Source of the DNA: Eimeria praecox
Taxonomy: Eukaryota
Assembly: GCA_963920595.1 (NCBI GenBank)
Contig: OY986950.1
Location: forward strand, 3,410,001 to 3,474,000
Length of the DNA: 64,000 nt
Reading direction: 5' to 3'
The notes below the pieces were generated by a model. That model made no database searches. It was not told the origin of the DNA and was given only the letters and a program-made list of their open reading frames with translations. This document shows positions 23,658 through 35,688 of this stretch, one piece after another. Position 1 is the first letter of the stretch; every line of letters starts with the position of its first letter. A program made the position numbers and the translations under genes.

Positions 23658-24070
23658 ATAGGAGAGCAGCATTTCTGGTCTGTAGTAGTATAATAATTGA
23701 TGCCATACCAGGGTTGTGTTTGTAAATGTAGGAGTAGTCTTTTCGATACAAGACGATATTTATTAATATCTTCTCCTTGAATAAAATAAATTGAGGGACA
23801 TAGTCTCCTAGCCTCTAATACAGATAAACCCTTCATACAACCATATACAGCCCGTGTTTGTATACTTACAGACACAACTAAACCCTTCTGTCTTACGGCT
23901 AGCATAGGATATAGACGTAAGGACGGATTCCGTAATATCTCTACTTGAATATAAAAACTATCTACATCTATATAACTTATACACCGAACACAACACCAAC
24001 AACATACACAGACAGAGGAGACAGGGGCCCCATGGCTCAACCCCCTAACCCTCATCTTCGTCCTTATCAT
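18707..24070 (-). CDS. Y-family translesion DNA polymerase, iota-like; exons 24070-21880, 21375-21244, 20960-20408, 20108-18707
   Basis: IMS motifs [43 protein letters not shown] (iota-type GEDL..YR), [29 protein letters not shown], HhH VPGIG, and little-finger SISVEDSY. Confidence 0.88.
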
Positions 24071-24767
24071 ATATTAACAGGCTTATAGAAAGCCCCACAA
24101 GATGCATGCAAACATATTACATGCTTTGCTTCTCCCTATCTTCTACAAATCACAGATAGACATAAATTATATACATTATAAACAGACAGCAGAAGCAACC
24201 TTCCTCAGGGGGGGGCCCCCTGTTGCGAGCCGGGGGGGGCCCCCCGAGGGGGGCCCCCCGAGGGGGGCCCCGGGGGGGGGCCCCCGGGGGGGGGCCCTTG
24301 GGGGCCCCCTGGTGAGGCTGAGGAGAGAAGATTCTGGAGGTCGAGGCTGTGCTGCGATTGTTTCTGTGTTTAATATATTAATAAACAAATAAAATGTTAT
24401 ATTTTATAAATATATAGATGAATATATTTATATATAGATAAATAGAAGAATAAAATAATAGAATATATACTGAGGTGTTCGTGGGGGCCCTTGTTTATTT
24501 TATGAGATAGATTGAGGGGGAGGGAGAGAGGAGAGAATTCGATAGAAGGAGACAGAAAGAGATAATGCATGCATGCAGTGGGGCTTTGTAGGTGTCTCCA
24601 ACACCTGGGAGAGGAGACACTTGAGGAGACAGCAGCAGCAACAGAAAACTGCTGCATGCATCTGGCGGTATCTATACACACTCTAAACCCTAAACCCTAA
24701 ACCCTAAACCCTAAACTAATACACCTGTACAGCGAATAACAGAAGAAGAGACAGCGTGAGTAGGCAG

Positions 24768-24985
24768 CAGCACAATACAACTGTCTCCTCCTCTATAGCA
24801 GCAGCACAATACAACTGTCTCCTCCCCTATGACAGCAGCAGAATAAAACTGTCTCCTCCCCTATAGCAGCAGCAAAATAAAACTGTCTCCTCCCCTATGA
24901 CAGCAGCAGAATAAAACTGTCTCCTCTATAGGATAGGATACAGCTACGCAGCAACACAGAAACACAACTGTCTCCTCCCCCTAGC
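24768..24985. repeat. ~34-bp minisatellite (CAGCAGCA(C/G)AATA(C/A)AACTGTCTCCTCCCCTAT)
   Basis: About six imperfect tandem copies are visible. Confidence 0.85.
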
Positions 24986-26021
24986 GCTGAGGAGACTGAG
25001 CGAGACATAGTGAGGCCTCAGCTAGCTAGCTATGTAGCTAGCTAGTTAAGCAACTACCGCTAGCTAGCCATCATCTACCTCCTCCCACACTAATCAGCTG
25101 CTTCCTGCTGCGCTACAGCTCAACTAGCAACCTAACAAGCTACCTGGCTAGCTAGCTAGCTAGCTAGCTAGCTACTTATCTTTCCAGCAGGGTCTTTGCT
25201 CTGTTTCTCAGATAGCTAGCCAACAAGCTAGCTAGCTAGCTAGCCTGCTAGCTAGCTAGCTAGCTGTATCAGCTAGCTAGCTAGCTAGCTAGTTAATTAA
25301 CTAACTAAGACACTTAGGAATATAACAAACAATACCCCCGCCGTCTGCATGCAAATCGCACAAGAGACACTCGGGCCCTTCAACAGCTCATCCTCATCGA
25401 TTGGAGTTGTTTGGGGCTTCCAGCTTAATTTTTTGTTTTCTTACAAATTGTAAGAACGAATAAGCTGACCTGCCAATGCATGCATGCATGCATGCATGCA
25501 TGCATGCATGCATGCATGCATGTATGTATGTCTACACTCAACTTGTGTTTAATGTAGGCTTAATTCAAAGCTTATACAATTACCCTGTCTCTGTCTCTCT
25601 GCTGTATGCAGCTATCTAACTGTCTCTCTTTCTCTACACACCCCATTCGTCTCTCCCTCGTTCTTAAGGGCTTCCTGTATTAGACCCTATCACCTCTAAA
25701 CCCTAAACCCTAAACCCTAAACCCTCAAGGGTTTATAGGCTCCCTTCCATTTGCCTGTCTTGGGTTGGGTTGGTTGTGAGGTGCTGGAGATGCATGCTCT
25801 TGAAGCCCCGTGTCTCCTGTCTCCTCATCCCTCTCCTGCTGTCTCTTCCTGTCTCCCTCTGTCCCCTCTCTTCTTCTTTTTCTTCTTCTTTTTCTTCTTC
25901 TTCTTCTTCTTCTGTCTCCTCACTTCTCTCCTACTATCTCCTTCTTTCTCCCCATTCCTCTCTCACTGTCTCTTCCTGTCTCCTTCTGTCTCCTGTCTCC
26001 TTCTGTCTCCTTCTGTCTCCT

Positions 26022-26295
26022 TTATCTTTCAACATGTGATATACGTAGAGCATGTTTCGCAGTAAGTTTAAACCCTTGTAATCCTTGGAGGGCTACTTCA
26101 GCCAATGGCTTAGATATAAAATCTATGAAAGCAACCCCTCTACCCTCAACTAATCTTGTATCTGTATATCCTTTATACTGGCTGAACAATATATCTAAAG
26201 CCCCTTTACTTACATTATCAGGCAAGTCTTCTACAAACAGAGACACCTTACCCTCGCCCTTTGAAACGTTCTCACCCTAATTCACACACATTCAG

Positions 26296-26370
<75 letters not shown>

Positions 26371-26466
26371 TACAGATATAGATATATATTATACTTATAT
26401 GTACGCACTATACATACATGTATAATTACGCATTATACAGACATATATACATATATATTACGTATA

Positions 26467-26537
<71 letters not shown>

Positions 26538-26787
26538 CTATGCATACAAATACATACACAGAGAATAAGAAACACAGCTTCTTCATATCCTACTCTACTC
26601 GAAGGAGGCTAACACATTAACATCAATTAAGAGGAGACACTCTCACTCTAACAGGAGACACTCTAACTGTAACAGGAGACACCTCTCTTTTCTTATAAAT
26701 TAAAGGAGAGAGATCTGTACATACAGTATAATTAGAATGGATAGAGACAGTTATATTATTATCTGTCTCCTTTTGATGTTTTGGTTC

Positions 26788-26850
<63 letters not shown>

Positions 26851-27418
26851 CTAATAAAACTATAATATCTATACGAAGCAAACATGAAAAGGAGACAGAT
26901 AATAAAATAACTGTCTCTGAACTCACCTTATGAGCTGTCGATACAGTTGAAGGTCTTGGGGCATTTGGTTTTCTTGGTTTATATTGATCAATATATTTCA
27001 AATAAGCATCACTTTTTGTTTTCGCGTATTGTATACGTAAAGGCTTACCTAAGAAGGCTCTTCCTTGTAATCCTTTTAATGCGGCTGTAGCAGAACTAAG
27101 CTCCCCAAATACTACAAATGCCTGTCCTCTTGTTTTACTACCAGCATTAACATCTAATACTAAACCAAAAGCACAACACAGCTCATATAAACATGCTTTT
27201 AATTCTTTCAAAGGAATACGATCATTCAGATTGCTCATATATAATGTTGGATTCGGTACAGTATCCGCCATCACTAATACTGGGGGGCCCCCACTCGTAG
27301 ATACCCCTTTCCCAGGGGCCCCTGATGATGTCCCTGTACCACTAGGGGCCCCAGGGGCTGATCCAGAGGGGCCCCCTCGAGGGGCCCCCGCAGCAGCGCT
27401 ACTTCCGCTGGCTGCCAT
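26022..27418 (-). CDS. U1A/U2B''/SNF family spliceosomal protein with two RRMs; exons 27418-26927 and 26276-26022
   Basis: RRM1 [42 protein letters not shown]2 LFVEDLP..LF.QY.G....[20 protein letters not shown]; phase-0 GT-AG intron. Confidence 0.93.
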
Positions 27419-29306
27419 GGCGGCACAGGCAGAACCAACCCTAAGGGAAGACTGCGATGGAGGAATCGAAAAGTATTTATATATATATAATAGAATAAAA
27501 AATAAAGAATAGTACAAAAGAATGAGAGATTTGGAGAGTAGGATGCCCCCAGAAACACCTCGCAAGTAGCGCCACGAGCAGCGCACGAGCAGCGGGGGCC
27601 TCGAGCTGTTTCTTCTCTGTCAATCTTCAGATTAACTACAATTGAAAATTAGAAAAAGACAAACGTAAAAATAAACAAAAAGATATTTGAATAATATAAA
27701 TACAAACCTACCTTCAAGTCCTCACCCCAGCTGCATGCATGCAGGCCGTCGAACAGCCCCGCCCCTCCCACATACCGATCTTGGGTTCATGAGAATGTTT
27801 AATTGACTTCTCTTATATATATTAGAATAATTTAATTTATATTGATAATAAATAGAATGAACAAAAGAAAGAAACGCAGTGGAGAGTCAAGTAGGCTCCT
27901 GCTTACGCCACCTACCACACGCGCTCATCCCACATCTGTCCTTGTTTGTTAAGGTGTAGCGTGGTAGCTATGATGCTTGGGCTCGTATCTCTAGATATAG
28001 CTAGCTGACTATGTGACGACTGGCAGAGGATCCTAAGACTGTCTGCAATACATCCTACATGGCTAGTACATGCAGCATAAGGATTGGTTGTGCTCGCATA
28101 TTGTGCTGTCTTGCAACACTACATGCAGCAAGGTGCTTTGCAGGCTATGAGAGGCTAGCCCGTAACCCGACCAGCTTCAGGCCTCTGTACCGCTGTGCCC
28201 AGCTGCTTAAGAGGCTGCTGGGGAAGTCAGCTATATTTTGCAATCTGTAATGAGTGTCTGCGGTCTTCGTCGAGGGCCATCGTCAGCTGCAGTGGAATCA
28301 GAGACTTGAAGAAAATGCTATCAAAAGCAGGTTCCCTCCCCTTTAGTCTCCAAGGCTCCTGTTCAGAGCTGTTCTTGGACTTCGACAGGTGGGGGCAAGG
28401 GTAGGCCTGACATGGGCTGCAGCGCACCCTGCTGCAGCTAATCCTGCAAGGCATCCCCACGTGCAAACACAACAAATGCAGCCCTTTTGTATGGGAGAGC
28501 CTTGCAGACTGTGGCGGAGACTGTCTTTAACGACTAGCTTGGTTCTCCGTAGTCAGCCTGCGAGCAAGGACAGGCTCGACTGCACGTATCCCGCAGTGCA
28601 TGCACGGTGCATCTGGCTACACCTCTCTCGTAAGGCACACGCTGTTACCTGCTTGCTCTTCTATGAGAAATATGAGGAAAAATAAAGCTGAAAATAATGC
28701 AAATTAAGGGTGTGTGGCATCCAGGAAGATGCCGCCGCACTATGTTGCTTCTTCTTGAGATAGCGCGATAAATGATGGCATTCCTTGTCGATATCATCCA
28801 CGGGTTTAGAAGCGCCTTTTGGTCGAGCTTTCCAACAAGGACAAAAATTTCGGATGCTGCTGACAGAGAGCGGCGTCCGAAATTTTCTGAGCGGGGAGGA
28901 CCAGACCCACGAGGAATTCACAGATGGATCACTACCAGCATACCAGGCTTTTACATTATAGCAGTTTACCACAAAGTACCCCGAGTAATGCTGAACGCCA
29001 CCCAATGAAAAGAGCGAAAGCTGCCTCTAGGCGGTACTATTCGTGCACATACCCAGAGAAACAGTAAGAGATATGCGTTATCAACACCAATAGTGTTCAT
29101 GCTTTCTGCAGCAAGAGACGTCCAAACAGTGTCCCCAGAAGAACGCACCGGGCAAACACCTGCACAGACCAGCACTAGAAAATGCCAGATACCTCACGTA
29201 CATTCCTGGCATTGCCTCCAACGGTCGCATTCCCCCACTTCGGGAGACCCTATTTCCTAATGGCCCATGCCAGTAAAACAGGAGTCGAGTTGCTGGCCTC
29301 TCAGAA

Positions 29307-29379
29307 AGCCGACTACGGGGCTCGAACCCGCGACCACCAGCTTAAAAGGCTGGCGCTCTACCGACTGAGCTAAATCGGC
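29307..29379 (-). tRNA. tRNA-Lys(UUU) copy 1
   Basis: GCCGATT TA GCTC AGTCGGTA GAGC G CCAGC CTTTTAA GCTGG TGGTC GCGGG TTCGAGC CCCGT AGTCGGC T: full cloverleaf, A and B boxes, anticodon TTT. Confidence 0.97.
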
Positions 29380-29909
29380 GCTGCACCCGGCCCCCTTCGC
29401 CCAAGCTGAGGGCTTCGCCCAGCTCAAATGCGCTCAACCGCTTGAGAGAAAGGATCCCAAGAGGCAGAAAGCCTCCCATATTGTCTACAGACGTCCTCGG
29501 CAAAACTTCCCAAAGATCCAGTGCTGGTTCGGGGACGAGTCAGCCTGTTATAAGCTACAATGCACCTTCCCGAGCCTATTGATGCAACCTAACCAAAACA
29601 CACAAGTACAGCCAATCCTCCATTTCGCTACGCGCGCTACAATACACTGGAAACCTACAACTCGCATATTCGGTGTTCCTATTTGAACGGATTGGGCGCC
29701 TATGGTGGCTGCATCTAAGCAAAGATTCCGCTTCCCAAAACACATGCACATGAGAACAGTGCAAGCCTTTCGGCATGGAAGAAGCGGCCAGATACCTCAC
29801 GCACATTCCTGGCATTGCCTCCAACGCTCACACTCCCCCACTTCGGGAGACCCTATTTCGTAAAGGCCCATGTCAGTAAAACAGGAGTCGAGTTGCTGGC
29901 CTCTCAGAA

Positions 29910-29982
29910 AGCCGACTACGGGGCTCGAACCCGCGACCACCAGCTTAAAAGGCTGGCGCTCTACCGACTGAGCTAAATCGGC
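29910..29982 (-). tRNA. tRNA-Lys(UUU) copy 2
   Basis: Identical to copy 1. Confidence 0.97.
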
Positions 29983-30182
29983 GCTAAACTCGGGCCCCTT
30001 GGGCCTAGCTGTGAGCGTTCTCTAGCTGAAATGCGCTCAACCACTTGAGAGAAAGGATCCCAAGAGGCAGAAAGCCTCCCATACTGTCTGCAGACGTCCT
30101 TGGCGCAAACGTCCCGAAAACCTAGTGCTGATTCGGGGACGAGTTAGCCTGTCATGAGCTACAATGCACCTTCCCGCGCTTA

Positions 30183-32300
30183 TTGATGCAACCTAACCAA
30201 AATACACAAGCACAGCCAATCCTCCATTTCGCTACGCACAGTATAAATACACTGGAAAACCTACAATTAGTATTTTCGGTGGGCCCATTTGAAGGCAGTG
30301 CGCGCCTATGGTGGCTGCATCCGAACAGTGAAAGCTTTCTGAGATGCCCTGCGGTGCAGGCTTATTCCCACGTCTGCAACAAAATAGGCTGTTGCAGGAC
30401 TGGGGAAACTTAAGAAGGGGAAGGTGTTGATGAAACGCGATCAGTTACTGGTGAACAGGAGTCCAATGATGGACAGGGAGCTCCTGCGTAATTGGTGGTT
30501 CACAGCGAAGCTGCCCATGCGGAATAGACAATCGGTAGCGAGCTGGGAAGTGGAGAGGGCACTAAGCGGTGACATAGTTGAGTTCGCCAAGATGATGGAG
30601 TACCTTGGCGCAGAAGAGAGGCAAAGTGAATCTCCCACATACCTAGAGAAAAGGAAGAAATCGGGTTGGGAAGCAACCCAGATTCAGACGGAGTGAATGT
30701 TGGATCTGTGAATGCGAGACCACCACGGACAGGTAATAGAAGCAGTAGCCGACAATCGCCAGGAAAATCGCCACCCAGAAAGCTGAAAGGGCGTTCTGAT
30801 GGCCACATCAGTTTCTTTGCAATACAAAAGAGCGCATGATCGGAGATTGTTGGAGCAAGATTGCAGACAGCACCTCCAGTTGCACAAACAAAACGATCAA
30901 GGAAACGCCGAGGCATGCAAGCAGTATAAGGCGCAGTAGTAGCTCCAGAAGAGAGGAACGCGCACCGACCCATCCTCCCTGATTTACCTCAGTGCTTGTT
31001 CAGGGTCGAATTAATTGTTAGGAGCTGCTACGCTAACGCGACAGAGGCTGCGAAGTAGGTCTGATACCTGAGGGTACGGCGAAGAGGTGTACCTTAGCAG
31101 TTAATTCGTTCGCGTGGCCTATGGCACTAGACTTTGTGGGTCGCAGAGAGAACGTACGAATTGGCATAAAATGCGAGCTCTATTTGGAAGTGGGTCATAT
31201 TACAATGGCACGGACCTTCCATATTGGACCAGTTTTAGAGGAGATAACCCTACTTTCGCATGCGGCCTCTAGACGACACTAGTGATGTAAGACACCTATC
31301 ACCGCCTCTAACGGCAATCCCACCCCTACTGTATCAGTGAAGGAAGCCGTATCCCAACGAGAATGGCGCGAGAAGCCTCCTGCACATAGCAGAGGCACTG
31401 TAGGAAACAATGGAGAAATGCATACGCTTCGTCGTAATCTTCGTACAAGAAGTGCACGTTTGGGAGATTCGATTCAGCTAACAGCAGGAGAACTGTAAAC
31501 CAGGACAAAGTTGAAGGAACACTCCTCAGATGTACTCAATAACAAGACGCTACCAGGGGGCCGCTCGCAAGGGACATCCTCACTGGATCGCATTGAACTC
31601 CTTCCGGTAGCAGTTACGAGCTTTGTTCAACGGTACCGACTAGCCCCGCATCTCGAAGAGGATACCAATTGGCAAGCAGAAGAACTACTTACAAAAGGCA
31701 AGGCTGAACTACTAACTAGCGCCATTCCGCACAACCCGGTGTTGGCGAAGAAAAAGGAGGGCAAGGGGCACATCCGGGTCGAGAGTGAATCCCTCAGCAA
31801 ATCCACAGTGAAACGAATATATACGATGCCATCTATCGGTGAACTGTGTCGCCGCTTGCAGCGGTCAGCTGTCTATTCTTCATTTGCATTCACATTCAGG
31901 TTCTTGCAGGCTCCAGTGCATCCTGACTGTGCCCACGAGACTGTATCCCATACAGGCGCTCAAAAAGTAGACTAAGCGTCTGTGTCATTTGGGGACGGGA
32001 GTACACCTGCCGAACTGCATCGGCAGGTCAATCACGACGTCTTGGAGCCAAAACCTGGTGATGGATTATTGTGTACTTGAGCTGATGAGTTCGTGCTGAG
32101 CTGCAATGTGCCGGAGCACTGCTAATAACTGTTCCGCGTTTCGGAACTACTGCGTGAGAATCAGTGGCTAGTACAGACAAAACAACGTTGGTGTTTCATG
32201 CACGTTATTATTTTCTGTCGATTTCATCTCTCTCCAGCAGAGATCGCAGCAGATCTGACGACGAGAGGGGCCCTTCAGCAGTGATAGAGACACCTGTACA
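30183..32300 (+). mobile_element. Decayed Ty3/gypsy LTR-retrotransposon gag-pol remnant
   Basis: Gag-like LHF..VFSVGPFEGSARLWW. RT remnant DRIELLP..QRYRLAP..EELLTKGK..PVLAKKKEG..YTMPSIGELCRRLQ..QAPVHPDCAHET, continuing past a stop to SFG..TPAELHRQVNHD. YxDD is destroyed; stops and frameshifts are present. Confidence 0.85.
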
Positions 32301-32552
32301 GTCTCGTCGTTCCGTATTGCATCATACTACCACAACCTCATGTCTACGTTCTCTCACCCCCCTGCCCCTGTAAATGCTCTACTAAAAGTAGGACACGCCA
32401 CGCATTTAGAACGTGACCAAAGAAGGAGCCAGATACCTCACGCACATTCCTGGCATTGCCTCCAACGGTCGCACTCCCCCACTTCGGGGGACCCTATTTC
32501 CTAACGGCCCATGTCAGTAAAACATGGGGTCGAGTTGCTGGCCCCTCAGAAA

Positions 32553-32625
32553 AGCCGACTACGGGGCTCGAACCCGCGACCACCAGCTTAAAAGGCTGGC
32601 GCTCTACCGACTGAGCTAAATCGGC
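32553..32625 (-). tRNA. tRNA-Lys(UUU) copy 3
   Basis: Identical to copy 1. Confidence 0.97.
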
Positions 32626-33155
32626 GCTGCACCCGGGCCCCTTCGCCCAAGCTGCGGGCTTTCCCTAGCTCAAATGCGCTCAACCGCTTGAGAGAAAGGA
32701 TCCCAAGAGGCAGAAAGCCTCCCATATTGTCTACAGACGTCCTCGGCAAAACTTCCCAAAGATCCAGTGCTGGTTCGGGGACGAGTCAGCCTGTTATAAG
32801 CTACAATGCACCTTCCCGAGCCTATTGATGCAACCTAACCAAAACACACAAGTACAGCCAATCCTCCATTTCGCTACGCGCGCTACAATACACTGGAAAC
32901 CTACAACTCGCATACTCGGTGTTCCTATTTGAACGGATTGGGCGCCTATGGTGGCTGCATCTAAGCAAAGATTCCGCTTCCCACAACACATGCACATGAG
33001 AACAGTGCAAGCCTTTCGGCATGGAAGAAGCGGCCAGATACCTCACGTACATTCCTGGCATTGCCTCCAACGGTCGCATTCCCCCACTTCGGGAGACCCT
33101 ATTTCGTAAAGGCCCATGCCATTAAAACAGGAGTCGAGTTGCTGGCCTCTCAGAA

Positions 33156-33228
33156 AGCCGACTACGGGGCTCGAACCCGCGACCACCAGCTTAAAAGGCT
33201 GGCGCTCTACCGACTGAGCTAAATCGGC
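33156..33228 (-). tRNA. tRNA-Lys(UUU) copy 4
   Basis: Identical to copy 1. Confidence 0.97.
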
Positions 33229-33753
33229 GCTGCACCCGGGCCCCTTCGCCCAAGCTGCGGGCTTTCCCTAGCTCAAATGCGCTCAACCGCTTGAGAGAAA
33301 GGATCCCAAGAGGCAGGAAGCCTCCCATACTGTCTACAGACGTCCTCGGCAAAACTTCCCAAAGATCCAGTGCTGGTTCGGGGACGAGTCAGCCTGTTAT
33401 AAGCTACAATGCACCTTCCCGCGCCTATTGATGCAACCTAACCAAAACACACAAGTACAGCCAATCCTCCATTTCGCTACGCGCGCTACAATACACTGGA
33501 AACCTACAACTCGCATATTCGGTGTTCCTATTTGAACGGATTGGGCGCCTATGGTGGCTGCATCTAAGCAAAGATTCTGCTTCCCAAAACACATCAGAAC
33601 AGTGCAAGCCTTTCGGCATGGAAGAAGCGGCCAGATACCTCACGTACATTCCTGGCATTGCCTCCAACGGTCGCATTCCCCCACTTCGGGAGACCCTATT
33701 TCCTAATGGCCCATGTCAGTAAAACAGGAGTCGAGTTGCTGGCCTCTCAGAAA

Positions 33754-33826
33754 AGCCGACTACGGGGCTCGAACCCGCGACCACCAGCTTAAAAGGCTGG
33801 CGCTCTACCGACTGAGCTAAATCGGC
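33754..33826 (-). tRNA. tRNA-Lys(UUU) copy 5
   Basis: Identical to copy 1. Confidence 0.97.
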
Positions 33827-34350
33827 GCTGCACCCGGGCCCCTTCGCCCAAGCTGCGGGCTTTCCCTAGCTCAAATGCGCTCAACCGCTTGAGAGAAGGG
33901 ATCCCAAGAGGCAGAAAGCCTCCCATACTGTCTACAGACGTCCTCGGCAAAACTTCCCAAAGATCCAGTGCTGGTTCGGGGACGAGTCAGCCTGTTATAA
34001 GCTACAATGCACCTTCCCGCGCCTATTGATGCAACCTAACCAAAACACACAAGCACACCCAATCCTCCATTTCGCTACGCGCGCTACAATACACTGGAAA
34101 CCTACAACTCGCATATTCGGTGTTCCTATTTGAACGGATTGGGCGCCTATGGTGGCTGCATCTAAGCAAAGATTCCGCTTCCCAAAACACATCAGAACAG
34201 TGCAAGCCTTTCGGCATGGAAGAAGCGGCCAGATACCTCACGCACATTCCTGGCATTGCCTCCAACGGTCGCACTCCCCCACTTCGGGAGACCCTATTTC
34301 GTAAAGGCCCATGTCAGTAAAACAGGAGTCGAGTTGCTGGCCTCTCAGAA

Positions 34351-34423
34351 AGCCGACTACGGGGCTCGAACCCGCGACCACCAGCTTAAAAGGCTGGCGC
34401 TCTACCGACTGAGCTAAATCGGC
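34351..34423 (-). tRNA. tRNA-Lys(UUU) copy 6
   Basis: Identical to copy 1. Confidence 0.97.
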
Positions 34424-35688
34424 GCTGCAACCGGGGCCCTTGGTGCTAGCTGTGGGCGTTCCCTAGCTGAAATGCGCTCAACCGCTTGGCAGAAAGGATC
34501 CCAAGAGGCAGAAAGCCTCCCATACTGTCTACAGAAGACCTTGGAAAAACGTTATAAGGGCTGAGGCTTCATTTCTCTAGTGAATTAGTGAGGTTGTCGT
34601 AGGGCCCCGGTACGCTATCCGCTGAAGGCGTTTCCCACGCATTGGGTAGGCCCTTATCTGTTTGTTCTCGTGTTGGCGCTTCACCCCCCATTGTGGACCT
34701 ACCCTCAACGTGGGGATGCAGCCATGCTTTCCATTTTGGCTTCCTTAAAACATTCAGAGAGTTAAAAAAGTTTTCGTAGCACTCGCGACAAAACCACAGC
34801 AACTCCAGAGTGAGAGAGAACACCTCTCTCTCGTTCTGGAGGATCAGGATAAGCTGAAAGCACGTGTGTCCAGTTGCAAGGCCAAGGAAAAGCTTGAGCT
34901 TTACGTTAAATGTCCCCGGGATCCGACAGCAGGAATGGGTTTACGAGGGTAGCCAACCAGCAGAAATCCCTGATTAAGACCTAAAAGCCTTCCTCCATTC
35001 TGCAGGACCGACTGCAAACGCCTGTGTGGAAGCTCATTCTGTGGATGCAGCAGGTGAGAAGGCCATATGCATAGCTAAACTTCATCGGGATGCTACGCTG
35101 AGGCATCCCTGGAAGAGAAAAAGCCCATGGCAAAAGAGCTGTGGCAAATTGAGGCAGTTTTTATAGTTGATATTTATCTTCGCAATAGGTAAGCTTGGGC
35201 TTATGCTACAGAATACTTCAGCGGCCCTTTTGGGTGGCATCAACACCCGTCGGTGTGATAGCACACCCACACATCCGCCCAGCAATAGGAACAGTTGTAA
35301 TGGCCTCATCAAGATCAGTCGGGGCAGTGACACCAGCAGCAGTTGCTGCTGTGGAACCATCTCGTCATCACACGGCAGTCTGCGCCCCTCTTCAAGACTA
35401 TTTCAGTAGAAGGTGCAGCACCAGGCGCATCGGCAACAGAAAGAGCACCAAGCAGGAAGGGGACCAGCTTTGTGGAGAAGGCTTGTGGAAGCTGAAGAGA
35501 CAGGCTAGGTGGGGGGCCGTAGCTTAGGAATAATGTTGCCTCGGTTGTCCACTTACTCTGGAACTCGCTCGGGCAATGCAAATACACACACTGCCGTTGC
35601 AAAAGGGCTGGTGCAACGATGCCAGCAACATCAGGCAGTATGGCATGGCCACAGAAGCTACAGCAGCATCAGCGGCCCTACTACAGGC

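Larger units (their letters stand above)
29184..30322. repeat. Block 1 of the ~600-bp tRNA-Lys tandem unit (about 2 copies)
   Basis: Near-identical units beginning GCCAGATACCTCACG. Confidence 0.95.
32428..34545. repeat. Block 2 of the ~600-bp tRNA-Lys tandem unit (4 tRNA copies)
   Basis: Same unit and same left boundary as block 1. Confidence 0.95.

Noticed and set aside
29184..29260. U1 snRNA-like look (CATTGCCTCC..ATTCCCCCA..GGGAGAC) near the U1A gene
   Set aside because: No ACTTACCTG 5' end, no intact ATTGCAC loop and no Sm site.
29184..34545. CRISPR-like array
   Set aside because: The constant part is a tRNA gene, the spacers are near-identical rather than unique, there are no cas genes, and the context is eukaryotic.
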